A stretch of 63,253 nucleotides of DNA, counting the filler, from a bacterium (GTDB lineage: Bacteria; JAMORN01), in NCBI GenBank assembly GCA_027063545.1. It is 10 parts of 10 records of this genome, joined end to end, with 100 filler letters (N's around TTAATTAATTAA, not from the genome) between each part and the next. Parts side by side here need not be neighbours in the genome. Positions count along the whole stretch, not along the records: positions 59,304 to 63,253 come from JAMORN010000167.1; 9 more parts are not named here. One strand, written 5' to 3'. The stretch's first letter is position 1, and each line of letters opens with the position of its first letter. Shown in pieces: positions 62,507 through 63,253 of the stretch. Made by a program: the position numbers and the translations under genes. The notes under the pieces were generated by a model that saw only the letters and a program-made list of their open reading frames with translations, searched no databases and was not told where the DNA came from.

Positions 62507-62977
62507 ATGTATTCTTTAGAAGATAGAATAGAAGAATTAATAAAAGATATCTTAGATTATTATAAAGTAGAACTTTTTGGTATTAAAATAGGAAGTTATA
62601 GAAAAAAGAAGAGACTCCAGATTTTTATAGACGAATATGAGGGTGGTATTACCTTAGATAAGTGTGCAGTGATTTCTAAAGAGATATCTTTAGTATTGGA
62701 TAATAGCAATATAATACAGGATAGCTATATTTTAGAAGTTTCTTCTCCAGGGATAGATTGGCCTATTGTAAGTGATAAGGAATTAAGAAGAGTTTTAAAT
62801 AGAATTTTGAAGGTTGTTTACAAGGAAGAAGATAAAGACGGAAATTTAAAAACAAAGACTATTATAGGAAAATTAAAAGATTTTAATGATGAATATATAA
62901 TACTAAAGTTAGATAAAGAGGATAAGAAGATTTTTAGAGGAAGTATTGAAAGTATTAAACAGGAAATTAAATTTTAA
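62507..62977 (+). CDS. rimP: ribosome maturation factor RimP
   Basis: GITLDKC..ISK, YILEVSSPGIDWP. Confidence 0.93.
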   Translation: MYSLEDRIEELIKDILDYYKVELFGIKIGSYRKKKRLQIFIDEYEGGITLDKCAVISKEISLVLDNSNIIQDSYILEVSSPGIDWPIVSDKELRRVLNRILKVVYKEEDKDGNLKTKTIIGKLKDFNDEYIILKLDKEDKKIFRGSIESIKQEIKF

Positions 62978-62997
62978 AAATATTTGGAGGAATGAGT

Positions 62998-63253
62998 ATG
63001 AGGACATTAAAGCCAGAAGTATTATTTGACATGTTAGAAGAGATAGCTAGAGAAAGAGAGGTATCATTAGACTTAGTTTTACAATACTTTAAAGAAACAT
63101 TAACATCTGTAATATCTAGATTTTATAATTTAGACGAAGATAAAGTAGAAATTAATTTAAATAAAGATAAGAAGGAATTTAATATCTTTATAAAAAAGAA
63201 GGTTGTTGAAAAGGTAAAAAATCCTAATAAAGAGATTTCTTTAGAAGAAGCCA
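62998..63253 (+). CDS. nusA: transcription factor NusA (N-terminal part)
   Basis: MRTLKPEVLFDMLEEIARERE...KKVVEKV.NP..EISLEEA after rimP; GGAGG RBS. Confidence 0.88.
   Translation, partial: MRTLKPEVLFDMLEEIAREREVSLDLVLQYFKETLTSVISRFYNLDEDKVEINLNKDKKEFNIFIKKKVVEKVKNPNKEISLEEA

Overview
This window is not one locus. It is ten short assembly fragments (about 6.4-6.7 kb, ordered by decreasing length) joined by nine identical artificial 100-nt linkers (N44-TTAATTAATTAA-N44), as in a concatenated draft or metagenome bin, so adjacency across linkers means nothing. The DNA is very AT-rich and bacterial, probably from a diderm, flagellated, type IV-piliated organism (LptE-like lipoprotein, PilMNO/PilQ, flagellin/FliK/FlgD/FlgE/FliA). 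Its pta-ackA genes and 2[4Fe-4S] ferredoxin suggest an anaerobe. Most content is housekeeping (pta, ackA, guaB, accA, lon, phosphomutase, purB, argJ, dapF, rimP, nusA), plus RNase P RNA, SRP RNA and five tRNAs. Best leads: (1) an operon of DUF368, an Slt transglycosylase, a single-chain STAS/Zn-ribbon/pseudo-receiver/RsbW-like kinase and a membrane PP2C phosphatase; (2) a pair of small Cys-rich orphan genes inside a dTDP-sugar cassette flanked by inverted, decayed IS1-family copies; (3) a pilus operon in which AMIN and SH3b domains sit on the PilP-position protein while PilQ seems to lack AMINs; (4) an Nmad3-like gene in an operon with a HAD nucleotidase; (5) a recurring TTG-N17/18-TATTTT promoter variant. 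No CRISPR array or prophage was seen. All family calls come from motif recognition by eye, with no database search.
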